The notes below the pieces were generated by a model. That model was given only the letters and a program-made list of their open reading frames with translations. It had not been told where the DNA came from and ran no database searches. DNA of 64,000 nt, from assembly GCA_963704905.1 (NCBI GenBank), contig CAVPHZ010000002.1, positions 364,905-428,904 of the forward strand, in the 5' to 3' direction. Positions 20,422 to 30,389 of the stretch are shown here, piece after piece. The stretch's first letter is position 1. Each line of letters starts with the position of its first letter. Position numbers and translations under genes: made by a program. The stretch comes from Candidatus Chisholmbacteria bacterium (GTDB taxonomy: Bacteria; Patescibacteriota; Microgenomatia; UBA1400; Chisholmbacteraceae).

Positions 20422-21372
20422 ATGGAGGATACACTTGAACCGTCTCCGAAACAAATCAAGATAAGTCGCAAAGGATTTTTAAAATTAGCGCTTCTGGCAG
20501 GAGGAGTTGGACTAGGTCTTCCAATTGGTCATCAAGCGGGAAAAGAACTTAAGAGTGGTTTCGAAATCTTAGTCGGGTTAGATGAGAAACTAGCGCAGTG
20601 GGCTCTCCTCTCAGAAGTAAGAAAGGGAACCTACTCTCCAGACAGAATTGGTAAAATTCGCACCCTGGAACAATTGAAAGAAAAATTAGAAAAACGACTC
20701 ACTAATCAAAACGGAGTGCAAACATATGCAGTCAGGATTATTGAAGGGACAAACACACTTTCTCTAGATTCAGCACAAAAAGAAGATAGCTTTGCCTTTG
20801 GATCACTCGTAAAAATCATCGCTTGCGAACAAGCACTTCAGCTCCAAGCTAATTCAAATAAATCAATGATGACAAACGAACTTGTGTACGATCTTCTACA
20901 TCATAGCAACAATGATAGACTGATCGATCTGACAAAACTCCTTTCAAATTCGGGAGAAAGTGCTGAAGAAATCCTGCGCAGGGTGATGCAAAACGCAAAA
21001 GTTCCTCCAAGAAACGGTCTAGGAAATCTCCCTTTGATCGTAAATACCGAAGAACTAACTCAATACTTTAAACAACTATCACTTCCCCGAGATATGAAAC
21101 GCGCCATGCTACAAACACACGCTGATGATGAACAGAACTACGGAGTTTCAAAAGTTCTCCTCGATGCTGCTGGAGAAGATATTCCTATCTATTTTAAAAT
21201 TGGTTTAGTCCCTAATCCTAATAAAAAAGGAGAGATGGTCAACTCATACTACTTTCAATTTGGAGATAACCTCAAAGTTGTCGGATATGCAAGCGGTGAA
21301 GATAACTTTGATGTCCATGAACATATGCTCTGGGTTGCGGCGCATACTGCTATGTATGCGAATAAGAAATAG
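20422..21372 (+). CDS. exported serine-hydrolase-like protein (class A beta-lactamase-like motifs)
   Basis: N-terminal signal/TM segment. SxxK (FGSLVK), an SNN site where SDN is expected, and a KIG site where KTG is expected. TGtTATACT box 7 nt upstream of the ATG. Confidence 0.35.
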   Translation: MEDTLEPSPKQIKISRKGFLKLALLAGGVGLGLPIGHQAGKELKSGFEILVGLDEKLAQWALLSEVRKGTYSPDRIGKIRTLEQLKEKLEKRLTNQNGVQTYAVRIIEGTNTLSLDSAQKEDSFAFGSLVKIIACEQALQLQANSNKSMMTNELVYDLLHHSNNDRLIDLTKLLSNSGESAEEILRRVMQNAKVPPRNGLGNLPLIVNTEELTQYFKQLSLPRDMKRAMLQTHADDEQNYGVSKVLLDAAGEDIPIYFKIGLVPNPNKKGEMVNSYYFQFGDNLKVVGYASGEDNFDVHEHMLWVAAHTAMYANKK

Positions 21373-21589
21373 GCGGAGAGACTAAACGACAACGAGCATA
21401 ACATCCGAATCAAATATTTCTCGGGGACACTTAGAAGCAAAGCATCTTTCTCAATTCTGGTCTAATGCTCTGTTACAACAACTTCTGCTATAGTTGAGGG
21501 ATATTAGCAAAGCATCTCATCAAGAAGCTCAACATTATAGACAGTACCTCTCCAAGCAGACAATCCTAGCTAGAAACACAATAATAAAT

Positions 21590-22483
21590 TTAACTGGGCC
21601 CAAATGCTTCTTGCACAACGAAATCCACAAGTTCAGGCAGCTGAAAATCCGGGTAGCAATCTCCTTGCTGATCCACCATACAATCCTGTTTATTAAGTTG
21701 AAGCCGTAACCCTCCCCACCGCTCCATGAGTAGTTTATCGGTGATATCAGATGGAGGGGAGAATATTTCCACCAGCGGACTTGAAAAACCTAGATGTCCG
21801 TTCAAGCCAGGATGAATTTTCATTAAAATGGGTGAAAAGGGTAGCAGCTCTTCTGCATGAAGATCAGATAGATTACCGGGGCGCATTCGAATCAGGCCTT
21901 GCAAATCAAATGGAAGGGTTTCACGCAGCTGAGAACCAAAATAACGCTGGACGCCTTCATGGGGATAGAGTACGCCTAGTGATGAAACTTTACCGGGTAA
22001 TCGAAAAGTTAATTCCGCGAAATCTTGCAAATGGCTGTCGACGAAACCGGCCCCGGCGCTCACCAGTTCTGAGCTTCGAATACGGCTATAACCTCTTTTT
22101 GCATAAATTTGAAATCTTCGATATGCCTCTTGTGAAACATCGCCTACATTTTCCCGGCCATTCCTTTCTAAATAATCTAAAAAAGACGTGAATTCTCCAT
22201 CAAAAAAGGCTTGAACAAATGGAAGGTATTGTCCGCTCAAAGGGTCTATTGCTTGCAACACGTCTTCGTTGCATGGGTAGATCAGTGAAGTTAATCCAAG
22301 TTGTTTATTCACAGGTCTGAAATCCGCCTCAATTCCCTGAATCAAATCATCAAATTCCTCCACCGAAGTAATCCGTTCAGAGTAGTGCTCCCCAGTTCTC
22401 CGTTCAATCATAATATTCCGAAATAAAAACAATAAAAAGCCGAATGATTTAAGGCTTTCTCTACAACCTATCCTAAATATCAC
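21590..22483 (-). CDS. hypothetical protein
   Basis: 297-aa ORF with no recognisable motif. Confidence 0.4.
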   Translation of the reverse strand: MIFRIGCRESLKSFGFLLFLFRNIMIERRTGEHYSERITSVEEFDDLIQGIEADFRPVNKQLGLTSLIYPCNEDVLQAIDPLSGQYLPFVQAFFDGEFTSFLDYLERNGRENVGDVSQEAYRRFQIYAKRGYSRIRSSELVSAGAGFVDSHLQDFAELTFRLPGKVSSLGVLYPHEGVQRYFGSQLRETLPFDLQGLIRMRPGNLSDLHAEELLPFSPILMKIHPGLNGHLGFSSPLVEIFSPPSDITDKLLMERWGGLRLQLNKQDCMVDQQGDCYPDFQLPELVDFVVQEAFGPS

Positions 22484-22554
22484 AAATCAGTCTGTCAACT
22501 ATACAACTGGGAAAATAGGTTAATACCGATGAATGCTTTAATACAATGAATAAG

Positions 22555-24015
22555 TTAATCTGACGTTCCACATTTCCAAAGAATGATTGAGTTAAAACCA
22601 AAGTCCTGCTCAACCACATAACGACGCTCAGGTGTACATGATGCAATCAGGACGTTCGAATCCACAAATGGTGGGTCGACTGCAGTAACATGACCTGTGT
22701 TCACATCATAGACCGTACTTTGAATAAATACCGCACTCTGCGTCGCCAGTCGCGTTGCTTCCTCTACCATAATCAACTTTGCAAAAAACCGCTGGGAATT
22801 GAGATCGGCTTGATGGTCTGTAATATCCCGATCGGCAAGCAATGAAACCAGCGGCGTAATCAAGTATTGACCAGAAATCGTTTCTCCATCACCTGTAAGC
22901 GTCCGTACGTCCGAGACAATTTCATCTAATGATTCAATAGTGTATTTTTGAGAACTAATTCTGTGATATACCAGCCCATTCAGCACCGAAAGTCCGACCA
23001 CTAAGTACAGGATCATTGACCGGCTCCGCATTGGAACAATAGTTGTAAAGAAAAGAGCCGTCAAAATCGATAAAAACGGGACCAGGACAACATAATAAAT
23101 GAGAAACGAACTTGAAAAAACGCGGTACACAATCAGTTGAACCGCCACTGCAAGCACTGCCGCAACTCCAAGGTGAATATATGCTGGTTCTTTTAGGTAT
23201 CTCTTGGAAAAAAGTAATCCATCTTGTAGTACTTTTCGCAGCAGCATCCCAACACCAACCAACGAAAAAAGGACCAAAAACTTATCACCCCGAATGAATT
23301 GGGAGAGCGCGTTTGAGGAAACATCAATTTGAGGTTTATGCAAATGATAGGTCCAAACCTGATCAATAAACACTGAACCAATAGTTGTGGCGAGTAGTAT
23401 ATGTACCCCGGCATAGAGTCCAAATCCTATCAGCGCAAAACGAAGAGCATTTAGTCGATTCTTTTTCCAATATTCATAAATAAACAATCCAATTGCCGCC
23501 GGAAAAATATACCGTCGTATCATCAAGCCCAGAAAAAGTGAAATACCAGCATTGGCCGGTCGTTTAACCAGAAGAAGATACCAAGCCAGCAGTAAAAACA
23601 TGGTCGACTCGTGCACACCAACAGAAAAATCACTCCCTCCTAACACCACCGATGAAAACAAAAAAAGCAGGACTGCAAGAATGCTCCCTTCTTTCTGCTT
23701 GTGAATCATCATAATTTGATAAATCAAACCAGCAGAACCCAAAGTAATAAGGATTTGTAACAGTTTGAAAATAGTCAAGTGAAACCCAAAGAGAGTTATT
23801 GGGAGTGAATATAAAAAGATTTGACCAGGAAAGTTGGCCAAAAAAAAGTCACGATATGGCATCACACCCCGGCTCAATAAGTTTGCCATATAGAAATAGA
23901 GATTTTCGTCTGAAATCCTGGGTCCAATGTGAATAAGTTTAAGAACCAGAAACGCTATCAGAGAAATGACCAGGTAATGATTCTTTTTTCGCATGATGTA
24001 GCCATAGTAACACAC
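22555..24015 (-). CDS. GT39/ArnT-like (PMT-type) membrane glycosyltransferase
   Basis: About 11 TM helices. N-terminal loop MPYRDFFLANFPG is typical of GT39/GT83. Confidence 0.6.
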   Translation of the reverse strand: MCYYGYIMRKKNHYLVISLIAFLVLKLIHIGPRISDENLYFYMANLLSRGVMPYRDFFLANFPGQIFLYSLPITLFGFHLTIFKLLQILITLGSAGLIYQIMMIHKQKEGSILAVLLFLFSSVVLGGSDFSVGVHESTMFLLLAWYLLLVKRPANAGISLFLGLMIRRYIFPAAIGLFIYEYWKKNRLNALRFALIGFGLYAGVHILLATTIGSVFIDQVWTYHLHKPQIDVSSNALSQFIRGDKFLVLFSLVGVGMLLRKVLQDGLLFSKRYLKEPAYIHLGVAAVLAVAVQLIVYRVFSSSFLIYYVVLVPFLSILTALFFTTIVPMRSRSMILYLVVGLSVLNGLVYHRISSQKYTIESLDEIVSDVRTLTGDGETISGQYLITPLVSLLADRDITDHQADLNSQRFFAKLIMVEEATRLATQSAVFIQSTVYDVNTGHVTAVDPPFVDSNVLIASCTPERRYVVEQDFGFNSIILWKCGTSD

Positions 24016-24595
24016 TCAATTATCATAAATGACCACATCCCCTTGGCATCTGAAACCAAGAGAATAATACCCGAATATATGCTATACTCTGCCTACATAT
24101 TAACGCTGAACAACGAGACACGATGAACAACCAACAACCAGTAATTAACTCGAGCAATAACAGATCTGTATGGCTCGACTGGAACGAGAATCACGAGACT
24201 CCCGTCAAATAGCCAGAGCACCTCTACCTGGTAGATCTTTTGCATTTCAAGAAATCCCCGAACGACAACCATCAGCACAACCACACTCAATTTTCGCTGC
24301 AATTCAATCTATTGAATTTGCTGAGCTAGGTTCAGCTGCACTACTCTCATTGACAACATCTGCATTAGCGCTTCTTCCGCTTGAAGATGAACCAAGACCA
24401 AGATCTGAACAAAATATCGACGAAAAAGTGATGCAGTCAGTTGTAGTCATCGCCTGTCTCGCATCCCCGCACCTTGGTCCAATAATGAATGCGTCAAGAG
24501 CTATACTCGAAACTAGACCGTTACACTCAGAAGAATTAAAAGAGCAGAGATGATTATATTGGTAACAAAACAAAACATGAAGTAAAATAAATAGT

Positions 24596-24871
24596 ATGTC
24601 CGAAACACCTCCAGAAAACATCAACCGAGAACCCTTCCTGGTTAAACTTTGGGCAGCCGCTGGAAAAGTCTTCCTTCCCACTCTATTTTCCGCCCGCACA
24701 GATACTGAAAGTCGAAGAAGCCGTGCAATTATCCGTGGTGCTGGTGCAACCGAGATCCTAGCCATCGGAGCTATGTTTCTCGGTAATCCAATCTTAGGAG
24801 CCATCGGTTATGGAGCCTCAAGAATGATTGCACTGCTCACAGAATCCATCGATCAAAAGCGCAAGAAATAA
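24596..24871 (+). CDS. small membrane protein
   Basis: 91-aa ORF with a Gly/Ala-rich hydrophobic segment. Confidence 0.3.
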   Translation: MSETPPENINREPFLVKLWAAAGKVFLPTLFSARTDTESRRSRAIIRGAGATEILAIGAMFLGNPILGAIGYGASRMIALLTESIDQKRKK

Positions 24872-24874
24872 ACC

Positions 24875-25219
24875 ATGGCACAACAACAGACAGACTCAGA
24901 GTCTCAAGAAATCTCCAAACTCCTTGAAATTGGCTTATCTCTTGAGGCAATAAATGCGTCGATAGCTTTTTGCGTCAAACACGACAAAACCCAAACGCTC
25001 AGGGAAATTAAAACTACCATGAAGACATTTATGGACTCACTCACGGAGGCCGAAGCACATGAATTTGCACAGGATCTCGATCAAGCGATGAAGAGAAAAG
25101 CCGACCAACTTGCTGATGAACTGTCACTCCAGTTCTCAGATGAAGAGCTCAATCTTACTATGACAAAACTAAAAGACGCATTTACACAACCAGGAAAACC
25201 TAAACTTTTCTCCAAATAA
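24875..25219 (+). CDS. hypothetical protein
   Basis: 114-aa ORF, probably helical and acidic. Directly follows the previous ORF. Confidence 0.35.
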   Translation: MAQQQTDSESQEISKLLEIGLSLEAINASIAFCVKHDKTQTLREIKTTMKTFMDSLTEAEAHEFAQDLDQAMKRKADQLADELSLQFSDEELNLTMTKLKDAFTQPGKPKLFSK

Positions 25220-25297
25220 AGCTGTCGCATTCTCCGCTATTTCCCAAACAATGACAATCTAATCCATCTGCTGCCTCTCACAAACTCAGGATTTCAG

Positions 25298-26029
25298 CTA
25301 GTTTGATGCTGCTTTCTGATCAGCAAGTTTTTCAAAGACGTTCTTGAGGTGCTCGCGGATTTCAATTTCAGTAGTGTCCTGTGAGACACAAAAAAGTTCA
25401 GAAAACTGAGTAGTATACCGCAATCGAGTCCAAGAAAAATTTGACATTGAACAAACGACCAGACAACCAGATTGAAGTAGCTTGATAACACCTGATCTCA
25501 CTTGCTCTCCAAAGAAAGAAGGTCCCCCATACGGAGAAACAACTACACAGTGACCTGACTGATGGACAGATTCTAACGCTCGTTGTACATAATCTCGATT
25601 CATTTGACGCTTTCGTTCATCGGTCATCCCTTGAGGATAAAACTTGCGTTTTAATCGATTTTCCAACGTATCCACACGTTCCTCAAGTCTGAATATCGGA
25701 AAGACTTCAAAGCCTGGTAAATTCGACAGATCACGAAAAAAGGTTCCAGTGACTGGAACATACGTCCAATATGCTCCCACGGGAAAGATAAGAGAACGCA
25801 GATCAAGGAGTTTAGTTAGAATTGCCGATGTTGCCACAATATCAGGAACAGACCGATGCGCGTCTAGCACTACCACCCCCTGCTGTGCATTAAGGTGAGC
25901 CAGCTGCTCGCCGACCTCTTTACTTCCCTCATGCAAATGGGTACGTCTATCTAAAAAACTTCCAAATGGAACTTTCCATACGTTGTTTTTGCGAAAACTT
26001 GCAAATACTGCTTGTGTTGTCATCTCCAA
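25298..26029 (-). CDS. PlsC-family acyltransferase-like protein
   Basis: HX4D motif (AHRSVPD). Confidence 0.4.
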   Translation of the reverse strand: MEMTTQAVFASFRKNNVWKVPFGSFLDRRTHLHEGSKEVGEQLAHLNAQQGVVVLDAHRSVPDIVATSAILTKLLDLRSLIFPVGAYWTYVPVTGTFFRDLSNLPGFEVFPIFRLEERVDTLENRLKRKFYPQGMTDERKRQMNRDYVQRALESVHQSGHCVVVSPYGGPSFFGEQVRSGVIKLLQSGCLVVCSMSNFSWTRLRYTTQFSELFCVSQDTTEIEIREHLKNVFEKLADQKAASN

Positions 26030-26151
26030 AGAACGATCTTTACTAAAAACCCATTATAGGCACAAGCGCAGAGATATAAACCGGGTGAGTATCTGACTTC
26101 ATCTCTGAACTTGCACGGAAAAAGCCTTCCTGTCATGCTTAGACAAAGACG

Positions 26152-26883
26152 ATGATTGTAAAAACTGAACTAGCAAAAACGCTTGTCAGTACAGCTATTT
26201 TATCCTGTGTTTCTGTTTCGCTGGTTTTCGTCAATCAAATTCTAACAACCCCCTCAACTCCCGCCCCGCCCCCGTTCCCCATGCCTCAACCCCTTCCGGG
26301 AGTACTCCCGACACTTTCCCCACTCCCTACGCTTAAACCAACACCAACTCCTCAGCCGTCTCCAACCCCAAAACCTACGTCACTGGTTCTGTATCCTACT
26401 CCAATCGAGCATGACACAAATCTCGCTCTAAACAAACCAATTATCCAAGAACTTACGCAACTCCAAACCGCGAGTGAAAAAATCAATAATTCATCTAACA
26501 AACTGAACGATGGAAATTGGAATACCAGCTGGAGAATGCAGACAAATAAGGAATATCCAAATCAAGCCAAAGCAGTTATTGATCTCGGGAAGGAGTACAC
26601 CATCACAGGAGCAACTGCGAAATATTCTTGGGATAATGCGAGTTTTGGCGATCGCTTGATACTAAGTCTGAAATGGTCAGGTGACAATAATCCAAGACTT
26701 GATACAGATGCAGGCTGGGGTGGTTTTAGCAGCCTTATTCGACACAGCTCCAACATGGATGAGTCAGTTACTCAAAAATTCAGTCCTCAGAGAACTCGAT
26801 ATATTAAACTGCGGTTTGTTGAAGGTAGCGATGGCTGGGCAGGAAAAGGTGACTTGTATGAGTTGCAGATACACGGCTACTAA
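26152..26883 (+). CDS. secreted proline-rich protein with F5/8 type C (discoidin)-like domain
   Basis: Signal/TM segment, a PTPTP linker, then NDGNWNTSW...YELQIHGY. Confidence 0.45.
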   Translation: MIVKTELAKTLVSTAILSCVSVSLVFVNQILTTPSTPAPPPFPMPQPLPGVLPTLSPLPTLKPTPTPQPSPTPKPTSLVLYPTPIEHDTNLALNKPIIQELTQLQTASEKINNSSNKLNDGNWNTSWRMQTNKEYPNQAKAVIDLGKEYTITGATAKYSWDNASFGDRLILSLKWSGDNNPRLDTDAGWGGFSSLIRHSSNMDESVTQKFSPQRTRYIKLRFVEGSDGWAGKGDLYELQIHGY

Positions 26884-26974
26884 CAGCAAGATCTAATATT
26901 CTTTCTGTTTTACACAACTACAACAGTGATCCATGAAATAAATGCATGTATCACTCTAGATTCGAGAAAAAATT

Positions 26975-27976
26975 CTACTTCTTCTCTCCCTCTTGACCAC
27001 TGTTTCCCGCGACCGGCTTGCGCATCTTCCCGCTGAAAACCCGCACGAGGATGACCACTGGCAACCACAAAACGCCATAGATCACAATCCAAATCACCAC
27101 TCGAGCGAGAACTAAAAGAATCGCAAATACAGAGCTCCACGCCTCTTTCACCTCATCCCAGAGATTGACAGATTCTTCCTGGCTCGGATTAAAGTACTTG
27201 GCGGTATTTGCAATACGCGCATAGACTGTTGCATATTCTACTGTTGCTTCAGCGCTATCGAGCCGTTCCTTCACTTGCTCTAGTTGTTTTTCCAGACGGT
27301 CAATTTCTATTTGAATCCGCTGTTTCTTGATCTCATCCACTTCCTGCTGTTTCTCAAGTTTCTTTTCAATGATTTGGTTTTCCAAATCTGTAATCTGATC
27401 TTGAATGGATACAACGGTACCCGTCTCATCTTCAGCAGAAACCTGCTCATTAACAACTTGATCAACACCAGAAACCACCCGGGAATTCGTTTCCTCAAAC
27501 TTTTCTACTGGAACTTTTATATGCAACAAACCGTAGGTAACTTTCCCTTGGGATTGCATATTAGATGTCAGCACACGTCCATCAATGCTTAATACGAATT
27601 CTCGCAGCTGCTGCATATAGGAAGCAACTTCATCCACTACGACATCATATCTGGATGATTTTCGATAGACTCGCTCATCAACATCAAGTGCATCATCCGT
27701 AGAGAATTCGGGCAATACAGGAGGCTGAGGTAAAGTTTTCGATACCTGCCGGCGCTCAAAGTCCAAACTGGGAAGTATGGGATTCATCATTCCTACTCCA
27801 ACACTTCCAAGGGGAGCAACGGACTGACTCTCGCTCACCCCATCTCCATAATATTGAGGCTGAGAAACTGAACCGGTGAATCGGGTTCCAAAGAAAAAGG
27901 AAACAAGAGTCAGAAGGACGAACGTCCCAAAACCTAGTCCAAAGAGTAGTATTATCCACTTTTTCATTTTCCTCAC
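26975..27976 (-). CDS. coiled-coil membrane protein (DUF4349-like architecture)
   Basis: N-terminal TM, long coiled coil and C-terminal TM pair. Confidence 0.4.
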   Translation of the reverse strand: MRKMKKWIILLFGLGFGTFVLLTLVSFFFGTRFTGSVSQPQYYGDGVSESQSVAPLGSVGVGMMNPILPSLDFERRQVSKTLPQPPVLPEFSTDDALDVDERVYRKSSRYDVVVDEVASYMQQLREFVLSIDGRVLTSNMQSQGKVTYGLLHIKVPVEKFEETNSRVVSGVDQVVNEQVSAEDETGTVVSIQDQITDLENQIIEKKLEKQQEVDEIKKQRIQIEIDRLEKQLEQVKERLDSAEATVEYATVYARIANTAKYFNPSQEESVNLWDEVKEAWSSVFAILLVLARVVIWIVIYGVLWLPVVILVRVFSGKMRKPVAGNSGQEGEKK

Positions 27977-28161
27977 CTCCCTCCCTCATAGAAAAAAAGA
28001 CAGTCAACTGCCCATAAATAAACTCTAACATGCAAATAAGGAGCGTTCAACTTATTGGAAACTACATCCGAAGTCATACAGGTACAAATCTTCTGCATCG
28101 CCAGGAACAAATTTGGAACTTGGACTACTATTCAAAACTCAAAAAACTATAATCTACCTAC

Positions 28162-28587
28162 ATGGATGAACTTCAACCAGATTCTACTAAAAAAGACAAA
28201 CCTAAAGGTCTTATTAAACGTTTAAGATATAGAAGAGAAGTTAAACAAGCAGCAGAAACAAGAGGAAATAATCAAGTAAGAGAGATTGAGGGGAAAATTC
28301 AAGCAAATCTAAATACTGTTCTTCCCCAGATATCCCCTGAAGCGTTGCAGGAAGCTCTGAATGTCTTCTATGATCATGATATTGATAGTATTGAACCAAG
28401 TGCCGAAAATATTCATGCAACAATCGATAGAATTATGAAGCAATTAGAAACAGTTAATCCAAACCTCGCTAAATTGATAGAAGTGTATGACAGTTTGAGT
28501 TACGGTCATGATGATGACAATACCCGATACTTCTTTACTATGCTACTAGCTACATTAACTCACGAATCCACACCTCAAAAGAAGTAA
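28162..28587 (+). CDS. hypothetical protein
   Basis: 141-aa ORF. TATAAT lies 8 nt upstream of the ATG. Confidence 0.4.
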   Translation: MDELQPDSTKKDKPKGLIKRLRYRREVKQAAETRGNNQVREIEGKIQANLNTVLPQISPEALQEALNVFYDHDIDSIEPSAENIHATIDRIMKQLETVNPNLAKLIEVYDSLSYGHDDDNTRYFFTMLLATLTHESTPQKK

Positions 28588-28620
28588 ATCAACCTTTTAT
28601 CCTAAAAAGAGTAACTCCAT

Positions 28621-28644
28621 CATAATATATCTGCAGGCCCGAAG
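28621..28644 (-). repeat. degenerate direct repeat of tRNA-Trp 3' end (att-like)
   Basis: CTGCAGGCCCGAAGAGACTCGAAC versus CTGCAGGCCCGGAGGGATTCGAAC at 29347-29370 (20/24 identical). Same orientation, 726 bp apart. Confidence 0.55.
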
Positions 28645-28673
28645 AGACTCGAACAGAAAAAAACGATTCAGCC

Positions 28674-29009
28674 TCACATTGACCGCCTGAGTTGTGCGGC
28701 AACGCTAAACGCAAAAAAATAATTCCTCCATTGTTCATCTGTCGAAGAATATAGGTTATCACCTATGACATAGTCAGCAAACGCTTCTCTGAGTCGAGTA
28801 AGCTCTCGAAGCTTAGAACTACTATTAGTTTGATCAATGGTAAGTTGAATAAGTTCCAATGCTCGATGAAATGCTGCCATGCTGTACTCATGGTTCTTGT
28901 TCTTCCAAACCAAAGTTCTCTCAACCTCACTGCCTACATTTCCCATCTGATCAAAAAAATGATAGGTACTCCACTTTCCACTTGCTAAGCGCGCATGTTG
29001 GTAAGTCAT
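28674..29009 (-). CDS. hypothetical protein
   Basis: 111-aa ORF between the repeat and tRNA-Trp. Confidence 0.4.
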   Translation of the reverse strand: MTYQHARLASGKWSTYHFFDQMGNVGSEVERTLVWKNKNHEYSMAAFHRALELIQLTIDQTNSSSKLRELTRLREAFADYVIGDNLYSSTDEQWRNYFFAFSVAAQLRRSM

Positions 29010-29347
29010 TTCTTCACAAGTTCATTCACAATTGAGAGAATCTTCTTTTTGATTTTAGGATCTGTCACTCCTCTGCTCATATTTCCCGCTGAAGGTCGAA
29101 TATTTACCATTGAGTCAAACTCAACAAAATCCTTTCCGGAAAGTTCAGGATATAAATTGATTCCCCAAAGATCTTTCTGTTTTGATCCTTTTTTCAGCAG
29201 CAAAGCTTCTTCATCTGCGTGTAATTCACCATCAATTACCATGATCCGTTTCTCAATATCAACAACCGCTTTGACTAAATTTCCAAACCGTTTTTTTGCA
29301 AGTATGTCTATCTCTTTAAGAGTAATCGCTTTGCGAATTAATTTCAT
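29006..29347 (-). CDS. conserved-looking small hypothetical protein
   Basis: MKLIRKAITLKEIDILAKKRFGNLVKAVVDIEKRIMVIDGELHADEE... ATG at 29347 lies only 3 nt from the tRNA-Trp 3' end. The track ORF is extended into the tRNA. Confidence 0.45.
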   Translation of the reverse strand: MKLIRKAITLKEIDILAKKRFGNLVKAVVDIEKRIMVIDGELHADEEALLLKKGSKQKDLWGINLYPELSGKDFVEFDSMVNIRPSAGNMSRGVTDPKIKKKILSIVNELVKK

Positions 29348-29350
29348 CTG

Positions 29351-29421
29351 CAGGCCCGGAGGGATTCGAACCCCCAAGAGCGGTTTTGGAGACCACCATG
29401 ATACCATTTCATCACGGGCCT
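29351..29421 (-). tRNA. tRNA-Trp (anticodon CCA)
   Basis: Cloverleaf folded by hand: acceptor AGGCCCG/CGGGCCT, D-stem ATGA/TCAT, anticodon stem GTGGT/ACCGC with loop CTCCAAA, T-arm GGGGG-TTCGAAT-CCCTC. CCA not encoded. Confidence 0.8.
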
Positions 29422-29480
29422 AAAGGAGCTGGATAAGATTATAACATTCCGCTATCATCCTCTTGCTTTCCCAATGATCA

Positions 29481-30389
29481 ATGCGCGAATCGGAACCGTT
29501 ACCAAAAGATCCTATATCAGACTCAATAGTCAATGACAATCCTGCTTCTTCAGACGATGAACAGTCTGTACTCTTTAAAGCCCCGTTAACAGAAAATGAG
29601 GGGTTGCAGATCGCTACCTCTCCCAATGTGTTTCAACGACTGCAAGAAACACTATTCGACTACAACCTCTCCCCAAAAGTAAAAACTGGCTTACTGGTCA
29701 TTGCTGGTGTAACAGCAGCAACCGGAATCGGAATCTTGGTAAAAAAAGAAAGAGATAGACAAAGAATGATGACTGACGAGCAATTTGAACAACTATCTGA
29801 AACAGTAGAAACCTTATATCCTCGGGTTCTTTCATACATCGGTAGAAAAGTCAGTGGACAACCGCATATTGCAGAGGATTTAACTCAGGAAACGTTTTTA
29901 AAAGTACATAATAATTACCACAAATTCCAGCCGAAAGACGGCATTCCTCATAATATTGCATTGAGCGCCTACGTTTTTACTGCAGCCAGGAATCGTGTAA
30001 AAAATCACTATCGGGATAATGAACGCTTGTCAGCAAAAGAGATAGAAGAGTTGTTAAACGAAGAAGGTGAACCCGTATTTGAAATGATCGATCCCAACAG
30101 AGAGATAGCTCACGCGATTGAAGAAGAAATCATCGATCCAAGTGAAGAACTACTTCTTCTCAGAAATAATCTCCACCGCCTAAGTGAAAGAGAAAAATTA
30201 GTCATTCTGCTCAAGTATTTTCTCCCAGTCCAGCTTTCGGACAAGCAAATAGCTTTCATAACCGGGGATACGACGGGTGCAATTAAGTCATTCCTCTTCA
30301 GAATCAGATCCCGTTTAAAAAAAGAAATTGAACTGGATAAAGCTTCTAGTGTAGACAAGGATCTAATAGTTACAGATATAATTGAGTAA
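29481..30389 (+). CDS. sigma-70 family (ECF-like) RNA polymerase sigma factor; N-terminal ~95 aa in-frame extension with a TM helix (may be a separate start at Met 29763)
   Basis: Region 2 motif (EDLTQETFLKVHNNYHKF) and region 4 HTH (QIAFITGDTTGAIKSFLFRIRSRL). Upstream in-frame part contains LLVIAGVTAATGIGILV. Confidence 0.55.
   Translation: MRESEPLPKDPISDSIVNDNPASSDDEQSVLFKAPLTENEGLQIATSPNVFQRLQETLFDYNLSPKVKTGLLVIAGVTAATGIGILVKKERDRQRMMTDEQFEQLSETVETLYPRVLSYIGRKVSGQPHIAEDLTQETFLKVHNNYHKFQPKDGIPHNIALSAYVFTAARNRVKNHYRDNERLSAKEIEELLNEEGEPVFEMIDPNREIAHAIEEEIIDPSEELLLLRNNLHRLSEREKLVILLKYFLPVQLSDKQIAFITGDTTGAIKSFLFRIRSRLKKEIELDKASSVDKDLIVTDIIE

Noticed and set aside
24304-24804. 166-aa minus-strand ORF
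   Set aside because: Ser/Ala-rich and antisense to two plausible plus-strand small genes. Judged spurious; the plus-strand ORFs themselves are only low confidence.
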